Shown: positions 1 to 10,979, counted from the first letter of the stretch. The stretch: 64,000 nt of DNA from Bacteroidales bacterium (GCA_016286055.1 JAEERW010000009.1:28592-92591); one strand, 5' to 3'. Made by a program: numbers and translations. The notes: generated from the sequence alone by a model not told the origin.

Positions 1-1
1 C

Positions 2-1078
2 AAAGAACGATGCGACAACTACCTCAACCTCATAAAAACGAGAACCAACAAACACACTTGTAATAAGCACAAAGTATTTATCGACTCGCTCTACACATCT
101 ACAAATGAGTTTAACTCAAACTTTGACAATAACCAACGAGCAGCCCTCAAAGAAATTGAAAGCAACTACCTCTCCAATATGGCAACATTTGCCGCCAACG
201 AATTCAACCCAGATATTCAGGTTCAATGGCAAAAAGGCAACATTCCTCTATCGGTATACACTGGCACATTCGACGAGGCAAAAGTAGGCAACTACTACAC
301 TCTCTACAACACCCGCGACCCTTATGGAAACCGTTATTCATGCGGATTCCGCAAAACCACATCTACTGCAGCCACAGGTTTTGTTGCCAAAACAGACATT
401 GAAGGCAAAGTACTTTGGCTTAGAAACATAACAAACTCACCAGCTGGACAGAATATGGTTGTAACAGTAATTCCAGGCGAAGGTGGAATATACGTTACCA
501 CTACCGTAACGTCCGACAACTCAGGCAACAAAACACAAACCGCCAAATACGACGAAACAGGCAAACTAACCGCAAAAGTTGATTTCAATATTCCACTCAT
601 TCCTATTGCATCGGCATACGACGACGTAAACGAGCAGGTTACAACAATTTTTAAAGGCACTAAACTCAACTCAGCTGCTGGTGTAGAAGATGCCGAAGTT
701 GCAACTGCCGACTTTGCCGCCAAGTCGGCTACAAAGAAAGGGTCGTTTAAAATCGAAGGCAACATATCTGGCATTACACTCGCCTCAGGCAAAGTTATAG
801 CGGTATGCAACTACAAATCGCTATCATCAGACGCCAACAAGATAGACCTCAAATCAGAAGGCGACGTTGCCATACTATCTATCGACAACTCTATTTCAGC
901 ATCACCGATGAACAGCAAAACCCCAATTTTCTCAATATATCCTGCCAAAGTTAACGCTCAAACTATATGCGTGCCCACATTAAAAGGCAGTGCAAAAACC
1001 ACTCTCACTCCCTCCGACAAAATCGACTACAGCATAGCCGACATCAACGGTAGTTACATTTATAGCAGCGACAAATAG
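2..1078 (+). CDS. hypothetical protein, C-terminal part (5' end outside the window)
   Basis: The frame of the listed 179..1078 ORF stays open, with no stop, back to nt 2, so the listed Met is probably internal. The protein is Thr/Ser/Asn/Gly-rich and I recognised no family. Confidence 0.5.
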   Translation, partial: KERCDNYLNLIKTRTNKHTCNKHKVFIDSLYTSTNEFNSNFDNNQRAALKEIESNYLSNMATFAANEFNPDIQVQWQKGNIPLSVYTGTFDEAKVGNYYTLYNTRDPYGNRYSCGFRKTTSTAATGFVAKTDIEGKVLWLRNITNSPAGQNMVVTVIPGEGGIYVTTTVTSDNSGNKTQTAKYDETGKLTAKVDFNIPLIPIASAYDDVNEQVTTIFKGTKLNSAAGVEDAEVATADFAAKSATKKGSFKIEGNISGITLASGKVIAVCNYKSLSSDANKIDLKSEGDVAILSIDNSISASPMNSKTPIFSIYPAKVNAQTICVPTLKGSAKTTLTPSDKIDYSIADINGSYIYSSDK

Positions 1079-1241
1079 CCGTTTGAAAACACCAAAGATT
1101 AAAAAAAAGATTTTTTGCTATGCAAAAAATCTTTTTTTTGTTAAAATATATACAAAAACAACCAAAAGTTGCAAAATATTTGTATCTTTGAACTATCTAA
1201 GCGTTCTTGTTTTTTTAACGCTTTTAAAAAATGCTACAATA

Positions 1242-4200
1242 ATGAAACACACTGCAACACTTATACTTGCGCTCATAATGAGCATCAGCACCCTTTCGGC
1301 GCAAACCATAAAGCATATAGGTACGCAATACATCAAAAACTATCTGCCCGAAGATTACAATTCGAGCAAACAGAATTGGTGCGCGGTTCAAGACTTCCGT
1401 GGCCTACTTTACATAGCCAACACACAAGGTATTTTGGAATACGACGGAGTAAGCTGGCGAACAATAAGCACTTCTAAAAACTCATCGGCTCTTGCCCTTG
1501 CGCTCAGCAACGACGGCCGCAGAGTATACGTAGGCGGCAACTCCGACATCGGATACCTTAGCCCCGACAGCAGCGGCACTATGGAATATGTATCTTTGTT
1601 AAATCTTCTTCCCGAAAAGTACCGCAGCATAAAAGTATACGGCATAACAGTTACCGAAAACAACGAAGTATTGTTTTGCGCCACACGACAACTGATGCTC
1701 TACGACGGTGACACAACTATCAAAGTAATATCGTTGCCCGCCGAAGGCACAAACGTTTTTTCGTACATCACCAAATTTAACGGACACATCTACTTAAATC
1801 AGTCAGACAAAGGATATTGCGAATTTTTCAACCGTCCCGAAGAACCAATTGTACCATTAGACGGCACCGACACAATACCCGACAACCAAGTGGTAGAAAT
1901 TCTCGGAGAACAAAACGGCGGAATGATACTCGCCACAAAAAAACTCGGCATTTCGATTTACAAAGACAACAAGCTAACGCCATTGGATTTTCCGCTCAAC
2001 AAAGAACTTATACGATCAGACCTTTATTGTGCCAAAAAAATCCTCGGAGGCTACTATGCATTTGGCACACTTAAACAAGGCGTAATAATCACCGACCACA
2101 ATTTCAACGAAATCAACCGTTATAATCAAACATACGGACTGTGCCACAATCAAATTATCAACCTATACCAATCGCCCGAAGGTGGCTTGTGGCTACTCAC
2201 CAACAACGGCATTGCCTACGTTGACATATACTCGCCCATATCCACAATCCACGTTGGTATCAAAAAAGTATCTGCAATAGGCTGTGTCAACGATGATATA
2301 TACATAGGAGCAAACAGTCTTTTGCGAATTCGCAACAGCGACCTTGCCCGTGGCGGCGACGCTTTTCAGCCAATAGCCTTCCCTACCGACAAGACACAAA
2401 ACAACACTATCAACACCATCAACACTATCGACGACCAGATTATCTGCGGCACTGGCAAAGGCGTAATAGGCATCAATGCCAACGGTGAAAGCTATTCTGC
2501 CGAATCGTCAAGCCAGGTGGTGCGTCCAGTGATACGCTCTATCAAGCACCCCGACCTGCTCATCGGCGGATGCATTGGCGGACTTGCCATCTACGAGAAA
2601 AAACCAAACGGCAATTGGGAAAAACGCACAAGTGTAAACGGATTCGATGTGGAAACACGCCACATAGAAGAAGACCCTGACGGTTTCTTCTGGGTATCAA
2701 AAAAAGAGACAGGACTCTACAAACTTATTCTCGACTCGGCGTACACCAAAGTGATTACAGTGAAACAATACGACGAACACGACGGATTACCATCATCTAT
2801 GGGCAATTACGTTTTCAAAATAGACAACGACATTATTGTTGCCACACAGCAAGGCTTTTATACTTACGACAAGAAAAACGATGTCTTTGTAGAGTATACC
2901 AAGTATAATGCACTGTTCGACAGCAAAATAGAATCATATTACATAAACAAAGACAAATACGGCAAAATTTGGGTTACCTATATGCAGCCCCGCAAAAACG
3001 CCAAAAGCGAAACAAGATTTGGCTATTTCGACGGTTTAGACAGCTCAAAACAAAACACAAGGCTGTTTGTGCCTTATGCCACAAGGTTTAAAACCATCAA
3101 AGACATAACCGACAGCTGCTACCTGATTGGTTGCGACGACGAGCTGCTCCACTACGATTCAAAACTGCAAAAACGATTCGATATACCCTTTAAATCGTTT
3201 ATCCGCAGAATGGAAACAATCACCAACGATTCGCTATTGTTTGGCGGCGTGTTTACTACCGACGAAGGCTATGCCGACTCTGCTCAAACAGCAACATTAA
3301 AAATTACCCTCCCATACGATTTCAACGGTGTAAAATTTGAGTTTGGCGCAAACTCTTACGAATATCCCGAAGAAACCAAATTTAAATGCTATCTTGAACA
3401 CAACGACGCTGGCTGGAGCGATTGGAAAAGCGAAAATTTCAAAGAGTTCAACAACCTTTCGCCTGGCACATACACCTTTATGGTAAAAGCCCGCAACTTT
3501 TTCGGACACGAAAGCGAAGTGGCTCACATACAGTTTACAGTGTTGCCACCGTGGTATATGACCATCTGGGCTTATATCCTTTATGTGCTTGCGTTTGCCG
3601 CTTTGATTTGGGTAATCATCAAAATTTATTTCCGCAAACTTTTGAAAGACAAACAACGCCTCGAACAAATTGTAAGTCAGCGCACTGCCGAAATTGTCGA
3701 AAAAAACAAAGAAATCACCGAAAAGAACAAGAGCATCACCGACAGTATCAACTATGCCAGCCGAATACAGAAAGCCATGCTTCCGCTCGAAAGCCGCATC
3801 AAAGAGGCTCTTCCCGAGCACTTTATACTATTCCGTCCGCGTGATATTGTCAGCGGCGACTTCTACTGGTTTGCCGAAACACCCGACCGCATTATCATTA
3901 CAGCAGCCGACTGTACGGGTCACGGAGTGCCAGGAGCATTCATGAGTATGGTGGGAGCCGAAATTCTTACAACACTCGTTAGCAAAGGCATTGTTGAGAG
4001 CGACAACATTCTTACACACCAGAACCGTTACATCCGCAAGGCGCTCAACCAAGACCAAACCGAAAATCACGACGGTATGGATATGGCACTGTGCTCTATC
4101 GACAAAAAACGCAATGTAGTAGAATTTACAGGTGCTAAAAACCCGCTGATATACATCAACAAAGAAGGTCAGCTCACAACCATCAAACCCGACAAACAAG

Positions 4201-4487
4201 GCATCGGCGGCGACCAGATCGAAGAAGATTTTCATTACACCAAAAACGAGATTCCTATCGAACCCGGCACTTGGTACTATATGTTTTCGGATGGATACCA
4301 AGACCAGTTCGGAGGTCCTACACGCCGCAAGTTTATGATTAAGCACATGCGCGAACTACTGCTCGAAATACACACACTATCTGCCCAAGAGCAAAAAGAA
4401 CGCCTCAACTCCACCATTGAAAAATGGATGTCGGACGGAAAAACAGATCAAACCGACGACATTCTCGTAATTGGATTCAAAATGTAA
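1242..4487 (+). CDS. periplasmic-sensor PP2C/SpoIIE-family protein phosphatase (beta-propeller repeats + Y_Y_Y-like domain, one TM segment, coiled coil, PP2C)
   Basis: The start was moved to the ATG at 1242, which gives the signal peptide MKHTATLILALIMSISTLSAQ; the TTG at 1083 only adds a low-complexity extension. The N-terminal ~750 aa resemble the two-component regulator propeller/Y_Y_Y sensor of Bacteroidetes hybrid kinases. A TM segment (WAYILYVLAFAALIWVIIKIYF) follows. The C-terminus has SGDFYWF...DCTGHGVPGAFMS and DGYQDQFGG, typical of SpoIIE/PP2C. Confidence 0.8.
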   Translation: MKHTATLILALIMSISTLSAQTIKHIGTQYIKNYLPEDYNSSKQNWCAVQDFRGLLYIANTQGILEYDGVSWRTISTSKNSSALALALSNDGRRVYVGGNSDIGYLSPDSSGTMEYVSLLNLLPEKYRSIKVYGITVTENNEVLFCATRQLMLYDGDTTIKVISLPAEGTNVFSYITKFNGHIYLNQSDKGYCEFFNRPEEPIVPLDGTDTIPDNQVVEILGEQNGGMILATKKLGISIYKDNKLTPLDFPLNKELIRSDLYCAKKILGGYYAFGTLKQGVIITDHNFNEINRYNQTYGLCHNQIINLYQSPEGGLWLLTNNGIAYVDIYSPISTIHVGIKKVSAIGCVNDDIYIGANSLLRIRNSDLARGGDAFQPIAFPTDKTQNNTINTINTIDDQIICGTGKGVIGINANGESYSAESSSQVVRPVIRSIKHPDLLIGGCIGGLAIYEKKPNGNWEKRTSVNGFDVETRHIEEDPDGFFWVSKKETGLYKLILDSAYTKVITVKQYDEHDGLPSSMGNYVFKIDNDIIVATQQGFYTYDKKNDVFVEYTKYNALFDSKIESYYINKDKYGKIWVTYMQPRKNAKSETRFGYFDGLDSSKQNTRLFVPYATRFKTIKDITDSCYLIGCDDELLHYDSKLQKRFDIPFKSFIRRMETITNDSLLFGGVFTTDEGYADSAQTATLKITLPYDFNGVKFEFGANSYEYPEETKFKCYLEHNDAGWSDWKSENFKEFNNLSPGTYTFMVKARNFFGHESEVAHIQFTVLPPWYMTIWAYILYVLAFAALIWVIIKIYFRKLLKDKQRLEQIVSQRTAEIVEKNKEITEKNKSITDSINYASRIQKAMLPLESRIKEALPEHFILFRPRDIVSGDFYWFAETPDRIIITAADCTGHGVPGAFMSMVGAEILTTLVSKGIVESDNILTHQNRYIRKALNQDQTENHDGMDMALCSIDKKRNVVEFTGAKNPLIYINKEGQLTTIKPDKQGIGGDQIEEDFHYTKNEIPIEPGTWYYMFSDGYQDQFGGPTRRKFMIKHMRELLLEIHTLSAQEQKERLNSTIEKWMSDGKTDQTDDILVIGFKM

Positions 4488-4514
4488 TAACCGCAAACAC
4501 ACATTTATACTATA

Positions 4515-5825
4515 ATGAAAAAAGGATTAGACGAACAGCAAGAATTTGCCAACGACCTGATAGACTTTATATCATACAGTCCCAGCACATTCCACGCCAC
4601 ACGCAATATCAAGGCTGCCCTTCTACGAAAAGGATTCAAAGAACTGAGCCTCACCGAAGAATGGAACATCGAAAAAGAAGGCCGCTACTTTGTTTCTCAA
4701 AACGACACATCGCTGATAACATTTGTAGTGGGAATGGGCGCACCCGAAACCGACGGATTCAGAATAATAGCCGCTCATACCGATTCTCCTTGTATCAAAA
4801 TTAAGCCAGCACCAGAAATCACCACAGGGGGTTACCTCAAACTCAACACCGAAGTTTACGGTGGAGCGATACTCTCCTCATGGTTCGACCGTCCGCTCTC
4901 TATCGCAGGACGAGTTGCACTCAAAAGCAAAAACCCATTCAAACCCGAAATCCGACAGTACAACGCCAAACGTCCCCTGCTCGTAATACCAAACCTTGCA
5001 ATACATTTCAATCGCAAGGTAAACGACGGCGTAGCTATAAATCCACAGCAGCACGTGCAACCGTTGCTTACATGCGTAAAATCTCCGTTGGAAAACAGCA
5101 ACTACCTCGTTGACCTTATAGCCTCAGAGCTCAACACATCGCCCGACAATATCTTAGATTTTGACCTTACACTCTACGACACCGAAAAAGGCACACTCGT
5201 AGGAGCCAACAACGAATTTATACTCTCGCCCAAACTCGACAACCTGTCAATGATTCACGCCGCTATGGAGAGTCTATTCACCAGCCCAGTAATCAACGCT
5301 ACACAGATGGTGGCATGTTTCGACAACGAGGAAGTAGGCAGCAGAACACGCCAAGGAGCAGGTTCGCCATTCTTAAAAAATGTAATGGAGCGCATCATCT
5401 ACAAACTCAACGGCGACAAGGAAGAGTACATGAGGGCGGTATACAACTCGTTTTTAATATCTGCCGACCCAGCACACGCCTTGCATCCTAACTATGCGGA
5501 ATATTCGTGTCCCACCAACCATCCTATCATCAACCACGGACCAGTTATCAAGTACAACGCAGATCAAAAATACACCACCGACGCCGAATCAGCAGCGGTA
5601 TTTGCGGCATTGGCACAGTCGGCAGGATCACCAATACAGCGTTTCACCAACCGAGCCGACCTCGCCGGAGGATCCACTCTCGGCAGCATTTCGTCAACAC
5701 AGGTTGACATCAAGAGCGTAGACGTGGGAACACCTATATTAGCGATGCACTCTGCCCGCGAACTATGCGGCGTTTACGACCATTTCAACATAAAAAATGT
5801 ATTTAAAGAATTTTTTATAAAATAA
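4515..5825 (+). CDS. M18 family aminopeptidase
   Basis: The length (436 aa) and the motifs AAHTDSPCIKIKP, FDNEEVGS and ILAMHSARE fit the M18 aspartyl aminopeptidase family. Confidence 0.8.
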   Translation: MKKGLDEQQEFANDLIDFISYSPSTFHATRNIKAALLRKGFKELSLTEEWNIEKEGRYFVSQNDTSLITFVVGMGAPETDGFRIIAAHTDSPCIKIKPAPEITTGGYLKLNTEVYGGAILSSWFDRPLSIAGRVALKSKNPFKPEIRQYNAKRPLLVIPNLAIHFNRKVNDGVAINPQQHVQPLLTCVKSPLENSNYLVDLIASELNTSPDNILDFDLTLYDTEKGTLVGANNEFILSPKLDNLSMIHAAMESLFTSPVINATQMVACFDNEEVGSRTRQGAGSPFLKNVMERIIYKLNGDKEEYMRAVYNSFLISADPAHALHPNYAEYSCPTNHPIINHGPVIKYNADQKYTTDAESAAVFAALAQSAGSPIQRFTNRADLAGGSTLGSISSTQVDIKSVDVGTPILAMHSARELCGVYDHFNIKNVFKEFFIK

Positions 5826-5899
5826 TACTAAAAAAAACATACACGTAAAGTTTTTTTTTGTAAATTGGCGGTGTAATTAAAAATGCTAAAAATAATATT

Positions 5900-6958
5900 A
5901 TGGAAGTAAAAAACCACAGATTAGTAGGCGACAACGTTTCATTTGTACAAGCCACCAAATGGAACAGAACCGCCGAAATGAAACCGGATGCAATCATCAT
6001 CCACTATACAGCAGGTGCAAGTGGCGCAGCCACAGTTAAACTATTTTCTGCAAAAACTGCCACCACATCGGCACATATGGTAGTAAGCGAAGACGGCTCT
6101 GTTACCCAAATGGTAGACTTCAACCGCAAAGCTGTACACGCAGGAACAAGTTCGTATGGCGGACGTTCGTCGTACAACAACTTCTCTATCGGTATTGAAA
6201 TCTCCAACCCCGGGTATTTGCAAAAAATCGACGGCAAATACTACACATGGTGGGAAGCCAAAAAAGAGAAAAAGACTGCCACCCCCGAAAGCAAAGTATT
6301 TGTAGGCAAACACCGCAACAGCGTTACCAAAATGAACTATTGGTATAAATATACCGATGCTCAAATTCAAGCTGTTAAGGAAATTTGCATAGCTCTCTGC
6401 AACGCTTACCCGATCAAAGAAATTCTTGGACACGAAGAAATAGCTCCCGGACGTAAATGCGACCCAGGTCCAGCATTTCCTCTCGATGAGTTGCGTACCG
6501 AAGTGCTCGCTAAAAAGAATATCAGCATCAACGACCTCTTTGCTCACGCTATGGAAGAGTCGGCTGCTTCAGCTCTCGTTTTGGGCAAGGTAACCGTAAA
6601 ACTCAACTTCAGAACAGAACCCAGCAGCAACGCAGCGCTCAAATCAAGCCCGATTCCCGCTGGCACATTCGTCTACATAGTGGGCGAAGATGGCGAATGG
6701 TACAATATTCTCCGCGAAATATCTGGTTGGGTTGACAAAGAGTTTGTAGAGCAAGACAACTCTGACAGTGATTACGATGGCGAACTCATCTCCGACAACG
6801 CTATGCTTTACAGCGACGAAAAGAAAACCAAACGTCTTGTAAGCAGCCTCAACAAGGGCGTTAAATTCAACATCCTTGAACAGCAGGAGAATATGTTTAA
6901 AATTAAGGCTGTTGTTCCCGGATGGGCAAGCAAAAAGTATATCACCAAACAAAAATAA
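5900..6958 (+). CDS. N-acetylmuramoyl-L-alanine amidase (AmpD/amidase_2 type) with C-terminal SH3-like repeats
   Basis: IIIHYTAG, SAHMVV and GHEEIAPGRKCDPGPAFP are amidase_2 motifs. The C-terminal ~130 aa look like two SH3b-like modules. Confidence 0.8.
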   Translation: MEVKNHRLVGDNVSFVQATKWNRTAEMKPDAIIIHYTAGASGAATVKLFSAKTATTSAHMVVSEDGSVTQMVDFNRKAVHAGTSSYGGRSSYNNFSIGIEISNPGYLQKIDGKYYTWWEAKKEKKTATPESKVFVGKHRNSVTKMNYWYKYTDAQIQAVKEICIALCNAYPIKEILGHEEIAPGRKCDPGPAFPLDELRTEVLAKKNISINDLFAHAMEESAASALVLGKVTVKLNFRTEPSSNAALKSSPIPAGTFVYIVGEDGEWYNILREISGWVDKEFVEQDNSDSDYDGELISDNAMLYSDEKKTKRLVSSLNKGVKFNILEQQENMFKIKAVVPGWASKKYITKQK

Positions 6959-7018
6959 TATTCCGATACTTCAAAAACTAAGAATCATATTTTTTTGTTT
7001 TTTTATTTTTCTCCAACA

Positions 7019-7049
7019 AAGACAACCCTACAAAGGGTTGTCTTTTTTT
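7019..7049 (+). terminator. rho-independent terminator after the amidase gene
   Basis: The stem AAGACAACCC / GGGTTGTCTT has a 6-nt loop and is followed by a T-run. Confidence 0.6.
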
Positions 7050-7062
7050 GTCGGATAATGTC

Positions 7063-9744
7063 TTATGATTCAAAGTCTAACGAAATCTGAGCTTCCTCAC
7101 CGGGACGTATTATCTCAAAATCTGGATCGTCACCGTTGCCTTCGATAAGTTCCACTGTTGAACCCTCAGGATTGCTATCGGGGTCAGTATCTGGTTCTTC
7201 GGGAGGTTCGGCGTTGGGATTATGCTCAAATTTCATATCGGCAACCTCGTAGATGCTTACACGTTTGCCACGGGCACGGAAACTCTTTACGCCGATAAAC
7301 TCAACGGCATCAATAGTTTCGGCTGGACGTCCCTCATTTTTGCCACCGAACGACACCACAAGGTTTGGAGCATAGTCGTCGGTGATGTCGTACATCTTGC
7401 TTGCGGTATTGTCGCCAAGTAGGAACTGCTCTTTTTCAGATAGTTCAAAAGTAAAACGCTTAAGGTATCCGAAACCGAGGTCAGCATCATAATATGCGAG
7501 CGAAATGGTAGACTCTGGATTAAATTTACGAATAAGCACTGTGTCGTCGTCGAAATGAGTGGAGAGGTCGAACCCAGTGATGCGGTAGTAGCCGTTTTGG
7601 GTAACAGCCACAATGCGGTCGTCGCCTGCAAATTCGCCAAGATAATCGCCGCGTTCATCGGTATTGAGCCTCATCACAGAGGTGTCGAACCATATTTTCA
7701 AACCTCCGAGGGTGCTTACGCCCGAACCTACCTTAGTAATCTTGTGAATAGGATATTTAGTAACGATATTACCCATAGAGGCACGGTTTTTAACACCGAG
7801 AGTGCCGAAATCGTATTCCCATGAACGTTTTTTGAGTTTAGCACGAGCCTTGAGCAGAATCTTCACAGTTTCAGCCTCGCCATTGGCGTTAGCCGAAAAA
7901 TAGAGCACCTCGCTCATAGGCGAACCTTGTGTTACATCGTACTCCTTGTCGCGGGTTATACCCTTAACATTGAATCGTTTAGCATATGCGATACCAGTAG
8001 CACCATCGCGATAAATAACGTTGTAGATAGTACGCTCGTCGTTGTTTCTAAACACATTTACATAAATAGCGTCGGTGCCTATAAAGAACTTGTCGGAAAT
8101 CTTTGAGATAGTGTATTTTCCGTTTCGGTGGAAAACAATAACATCGTCCAAATTAGAGCAGTTGCAGATAAACTCGTCTTTTTTAAGACCCATACCTGCA
8201 AAACCGTCATCCCAGTTTACATAGAGTTTTTCGTTGGCCACAACCACCTCTTTAGCCACAATATTGTCGAAATTTTTGATTTCGGTACGGCGAGTACGGT
8301 TTTTGCCATATTTGTTTTTGATATTGGTGTAATACTCTATGGCATAATCAATTATGTGTTCAAGTTTGTATTGAGCCTCCTCCATTTGCTTTTCGAGACT
8401 CTTGATATAATTATCAGCCTTAAAAGCGTCGTATTTAGAAATACGCTTGATTTTCAATTCGGTAAGGCGGGTAATATCATCGATAGTAACAGGCTTTTTG
8501 AGCAAATGCTTAAACGGTTCGAGAGCGGTGTCGATGGTTTGAACAATAGCCTCCCAAGTTTCGCAATCTTCGATAAGGTTGTAAATATGGTTTTCGATGA
8601 ATATTTTTTCGAGCGAAGCATCGTGCCAGCTGTCGGCAAGTTCGCCAAGCAAAATTCTAAGTTCGAGCGAAAGCAGTTCAACGGTCTTATCCACCGAATG
8701 ACGGAGGATTTCTGACGTGTTCATAAACTTAGGCTTGCGGTCTACAATCACACACGAATTTGGCGAAAGCGAAATTTCACAATCGGTAAAGGCGTAAAGA
8801 GCGTCGATAGTAACGTCGGGCGAAACGTCGGGATTGAGGTTGAGCACAATCTCCACATCGGCGGCAGTTTTGTCCTCAATTTTCTTAATTTTAATTTTTC
8901 CTTTCTCGTTAGCCGACACAATAGATTCCATAAGACTCTCAGTAGTAGTGCTGTATGGAATTTCGGTGATAGCCAAAGTGCGCTTGTCAATTTTTTCAAT
9001 TTTAGCACGGACGCGGAGTTTACCGCCGCGTGCACCGTCGTTATATTTTGACACATCGATAGATCCACCCGTTGGGAAATCGGGAAAAAGTTCAAAAGGC
9101 TCATCTTTGAGATAAGCTATCGACGCATCCATCAATTCGTTGAAATTGTGAGGAAGAATCTTGGACGAAAGACCTACTGCGATACCCTCAACGCCCTGAG
9201 CCAACAAAAGCGGAAACTTAACAGGCAGAGTTATAGGCTCTTTGTTGCGGCCGTCGTAAGATAGTTTCCACTGCGTGGTTTTGGGGTTGAACACCACATC
9301 TAATGCAAGTTTTGAAAGACGAGCCTCAATGTAACGGGGAGCGGCTGCGCTATCGCCTGTAAGGATGTTGCCCCAGTTTCCCTGAGTTTCAATCATCAAA
9401 TCCTTCTGTCCGAGCTGTACAAGCGCATCGCCAATAGAAGCGTCGCCGTGAGGGTGATACTGCATGGTAAAACCTACGATATTAGCCACCTTGTTGAAAC
9501 GACCATCGTCCAAGCGTTTCATAGCGTGTAGAATACGACGTTGCACAGGTTTTAATCCATCGTCGATTTCTGGCACAGCGCGTTCCAAAATTACATACGA
9601 GGCGTAATCGATAAACCAATTTTTAAACATACCTGAAACTGATTTCAGTTGCAAGTGATTTTGTACGCCTCCGCTTATACGTTCGTCCTTATCGGCATTA
9701 GCCGGCAGATTATTGTTGTTTTCGTCCTTGATATCGTCTGACAT
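7063..9744 (-). CDS. parC: DNA topoisomerase IV subunit A
   Basis: WFIDYASYVILERAVPEIDDGLKPVQRRILHAM and the following GyrA/ParC breakage-reunion region are present, and the ~890-aa length is typical of Bacteroidetes ParC. The start is set at the ATG giving MSDDIKDE (9744) rather than the upstream TTG at 9804. Confidence 0.8.
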   Translation of the reverse strand: MSDDIKDENNNNLPANADKDERISGGVQNHLQLKSVSGMFKNWFIDYASYVILERAVPEIDDGLKPVQRRILHAMKRLDDGRFNKVANIVGFTMQYHPHGDASIGDALVQLGQKDLMIETQGNWGNILTGDSAAAPRYIEARLSKLALDVVFNPKTTQWKLSYDGRNKEPITLPVKFPLLLAQGVEGIAVGLSSKILPHNFNELMDASIAYLKDEPFELFPDFPTGGSIDVSKYNDGARGGKLRVRAKIEKIDKRTLAITEIPYSTTTESLMESIVSANEKGKIKIKKIEDKTAADVEIVLNLNPDVSPDVTIDALYAFTDCEISLSPNSCVIVDRKPKFMNTSEILRHSVDKTVELLSLELRILLGELADSWHDASLEKIFIENHIYNLIEDCETWEAIVQTIDTALEPFKHLLKKPVTIDDITRLTELKIKRISKYDAFKADNYIKSLEKQMEEAQYKLEHIIDYAIEYYTNIKNKYGKNRTRRTEIKNFDNIVAKEVVVANEKLYVNWDDGFAGMGLKKDEFICNCSNLDDVIVFHRNGKYTISKISDKFFIGTDAIYVNVFRNNDERTIYNVIYRDGATGIAYAKRFNVKGITRDKEYDVTQGSPMSEVLYFSANANGEAETVKILLKARAKLKKRSWEYDFGTLGVKNRASMGNIVTKYPIHKITKVGSGVSTLGGLKIWFDTSVMRLNTDERGDYLGEFAGDDRIVAVTQNGYYRITGFDLSTHFDDDTVLIRKFNPESTISLAYYDADLGFGYLKRFTFELSEKEQFLLGDNTASKMYDITDDYAPNLVVSFGGKNEGRPAETIDAVEFIGVKSFRARGKRVSIYEVADMKFEHNPNAEPPEEPDTDPDSNPEGSTVELIEGNGDDPDFEIIRPGEEAQISLDFES

Positions 9745-10043
9745 TTTTGAATTATTTTGTTGCAAAAAAGGCGGCGTCAAAAGCCGCAAAAATGTTTGTG
9801 GCAAATGTAAAAAAAAATTGGCACAGATAAAAAAATATTTTTTTAAAATAAAAAATAATCAAAACTTAAAATTAGAGTAGAATTTTAGCAACTATTCATT
9901 ACAATAAATTAAGTATAAAATACACTGAAACACTAAGATTTCCAAAATGTTAAGTATTATTATTTTTTGCAAAAAAATCATTATGATTGGTAACAAAAGA
10001 AATGCTCTTTCGTTAAATAGAAAGATGTATAGTAAAAAAGAGT

Positions 10044-10901
10044 ATGAGACAGTTAAAGATTACCAAATCAATTACCAACCGCGAAAGCGCGTCATTAGAC
10101 AAATATCTGCAAGAAATTGGCAAATACGAGTTAATCTCAGTGGAAGAGGAAGTGGAACTTGCACAACGCATTAAGCGTGGCGACCAGTCGGCCATAGAGA
10201 AACTCACCAAAGCAAACTTGAGGTTTGTGGTATCGGTGGCAAAACAGTACCAGAATCAAGGACTAAACTTGCCCGACCTTATTAATGAAGGAAACCTCGG
10301 ATTGATCAAAGCCGCAGAAAAGTTTGACGAAACGCGTGGTTTTAAGTTCATCTCTTATGCTGTTTGGTGGATCCGTCAGTCGATAATGCAAGCCATCAAC
10401 GAACAGTCACGTATCGTGCGCCTGCCATTGAACCAGGTAAGTTCGTTAAGTAAGTACAACAAGGCCGTATCAGAATTTGAACAGAAATACCAGCGCAGAC
10501 CATCTGTAGAAGAACTTAGCCAGATGCTCGACCTCCCCACCGAGAAGGTGGCAGACGCTATGAGGCTTTCGGGCAAACATTCAAGTATCGACGCTCCGTT
10601 TGTGCAAGGCGAAGAAGGTAGCCTTATCGACGTGCTCGCTGATGCCGACGCGGTTAAGGCCGACAGCGGTCTTATGAGCGAATCGCTCAACAAGGAAATC
10701 GAACGAGCATTATCTACTCTTACAGAAAGAGAGAGAACTATATTGAAACTTTCGTTCGGTATCCGTGTTCCAGAAATGAGTCTCGAAGAAATTGGCGACA
10801 AATTTGGATTGACAAGAGAGCGTGTCCGTCAGATACGCGAAAAAGCAATCCGCAAACTTAGAAGCACTTCTCGCAGCAATATCTTAAAGACTTATTTGTA
10901 A
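10044..10901 (+). CDS. rpoD: primary RNA polymerase sigma factor (short Bacteroidetes sigma-A)
   Basis: The N-terminus [27 protein letters not shown], the region 2 motif [11 protein letters not shown], and the region 4 motif [18 protein letters not shown] are present. The ~285-aa length is characteristic of the Bacteroidetes primary sigma. Confidence 0.9.
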   Translation: MRQLKITKSITNRESASLDKYLQEIGKYELISVEEEVELAQRIKRGDQSAIEKLTKANLRFVVSVAKQYQNQGLNLPDLINEGNLGLIKAAEKFDETRGFKFISYAVWWIRQSIMQAINEQSRIVRLPLNQVSSLSKYNKAVSEFEQKYQRRPSVEELSQMLDLPTEKVADAMRLSGKHSSIDAPFVQGEEGSLIDVLADADAVKADSGLMSESLNKEIERALSTLTERERTILKLSFGIRVPEMSLEEIGDKFGLTRERVRQIREKAIRKLRSTSRSNILKTYL

Positions 10902-10938
10902 AAAAGGTTAGAATTCATAATTAATTTTTTTTTGTTTT

Positions 10939-10974
10939 TCGTGGTCGGAATCCCCCCTCTGGCCACGTTTTTTT
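10939..10974 (+). terminator. rho-independent terminator after rpoD
   Basis: The stem CGTGGTC / GGCCACG (one G:T pair) is followed by T8. Confidence 0.5.
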
Positions 10975-10979
10975 TGCAC

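Noticed and set aside
1083-1241. A TTG-initiated N-terminal extension of the sensor-phosphatase ORF.
   Set aside because: The extension is low-complexity and Lys/Phe-rich, and is encoded by an A/T-run intergenic region. The internal ATG at 1242 yields a canonical signal peptide.
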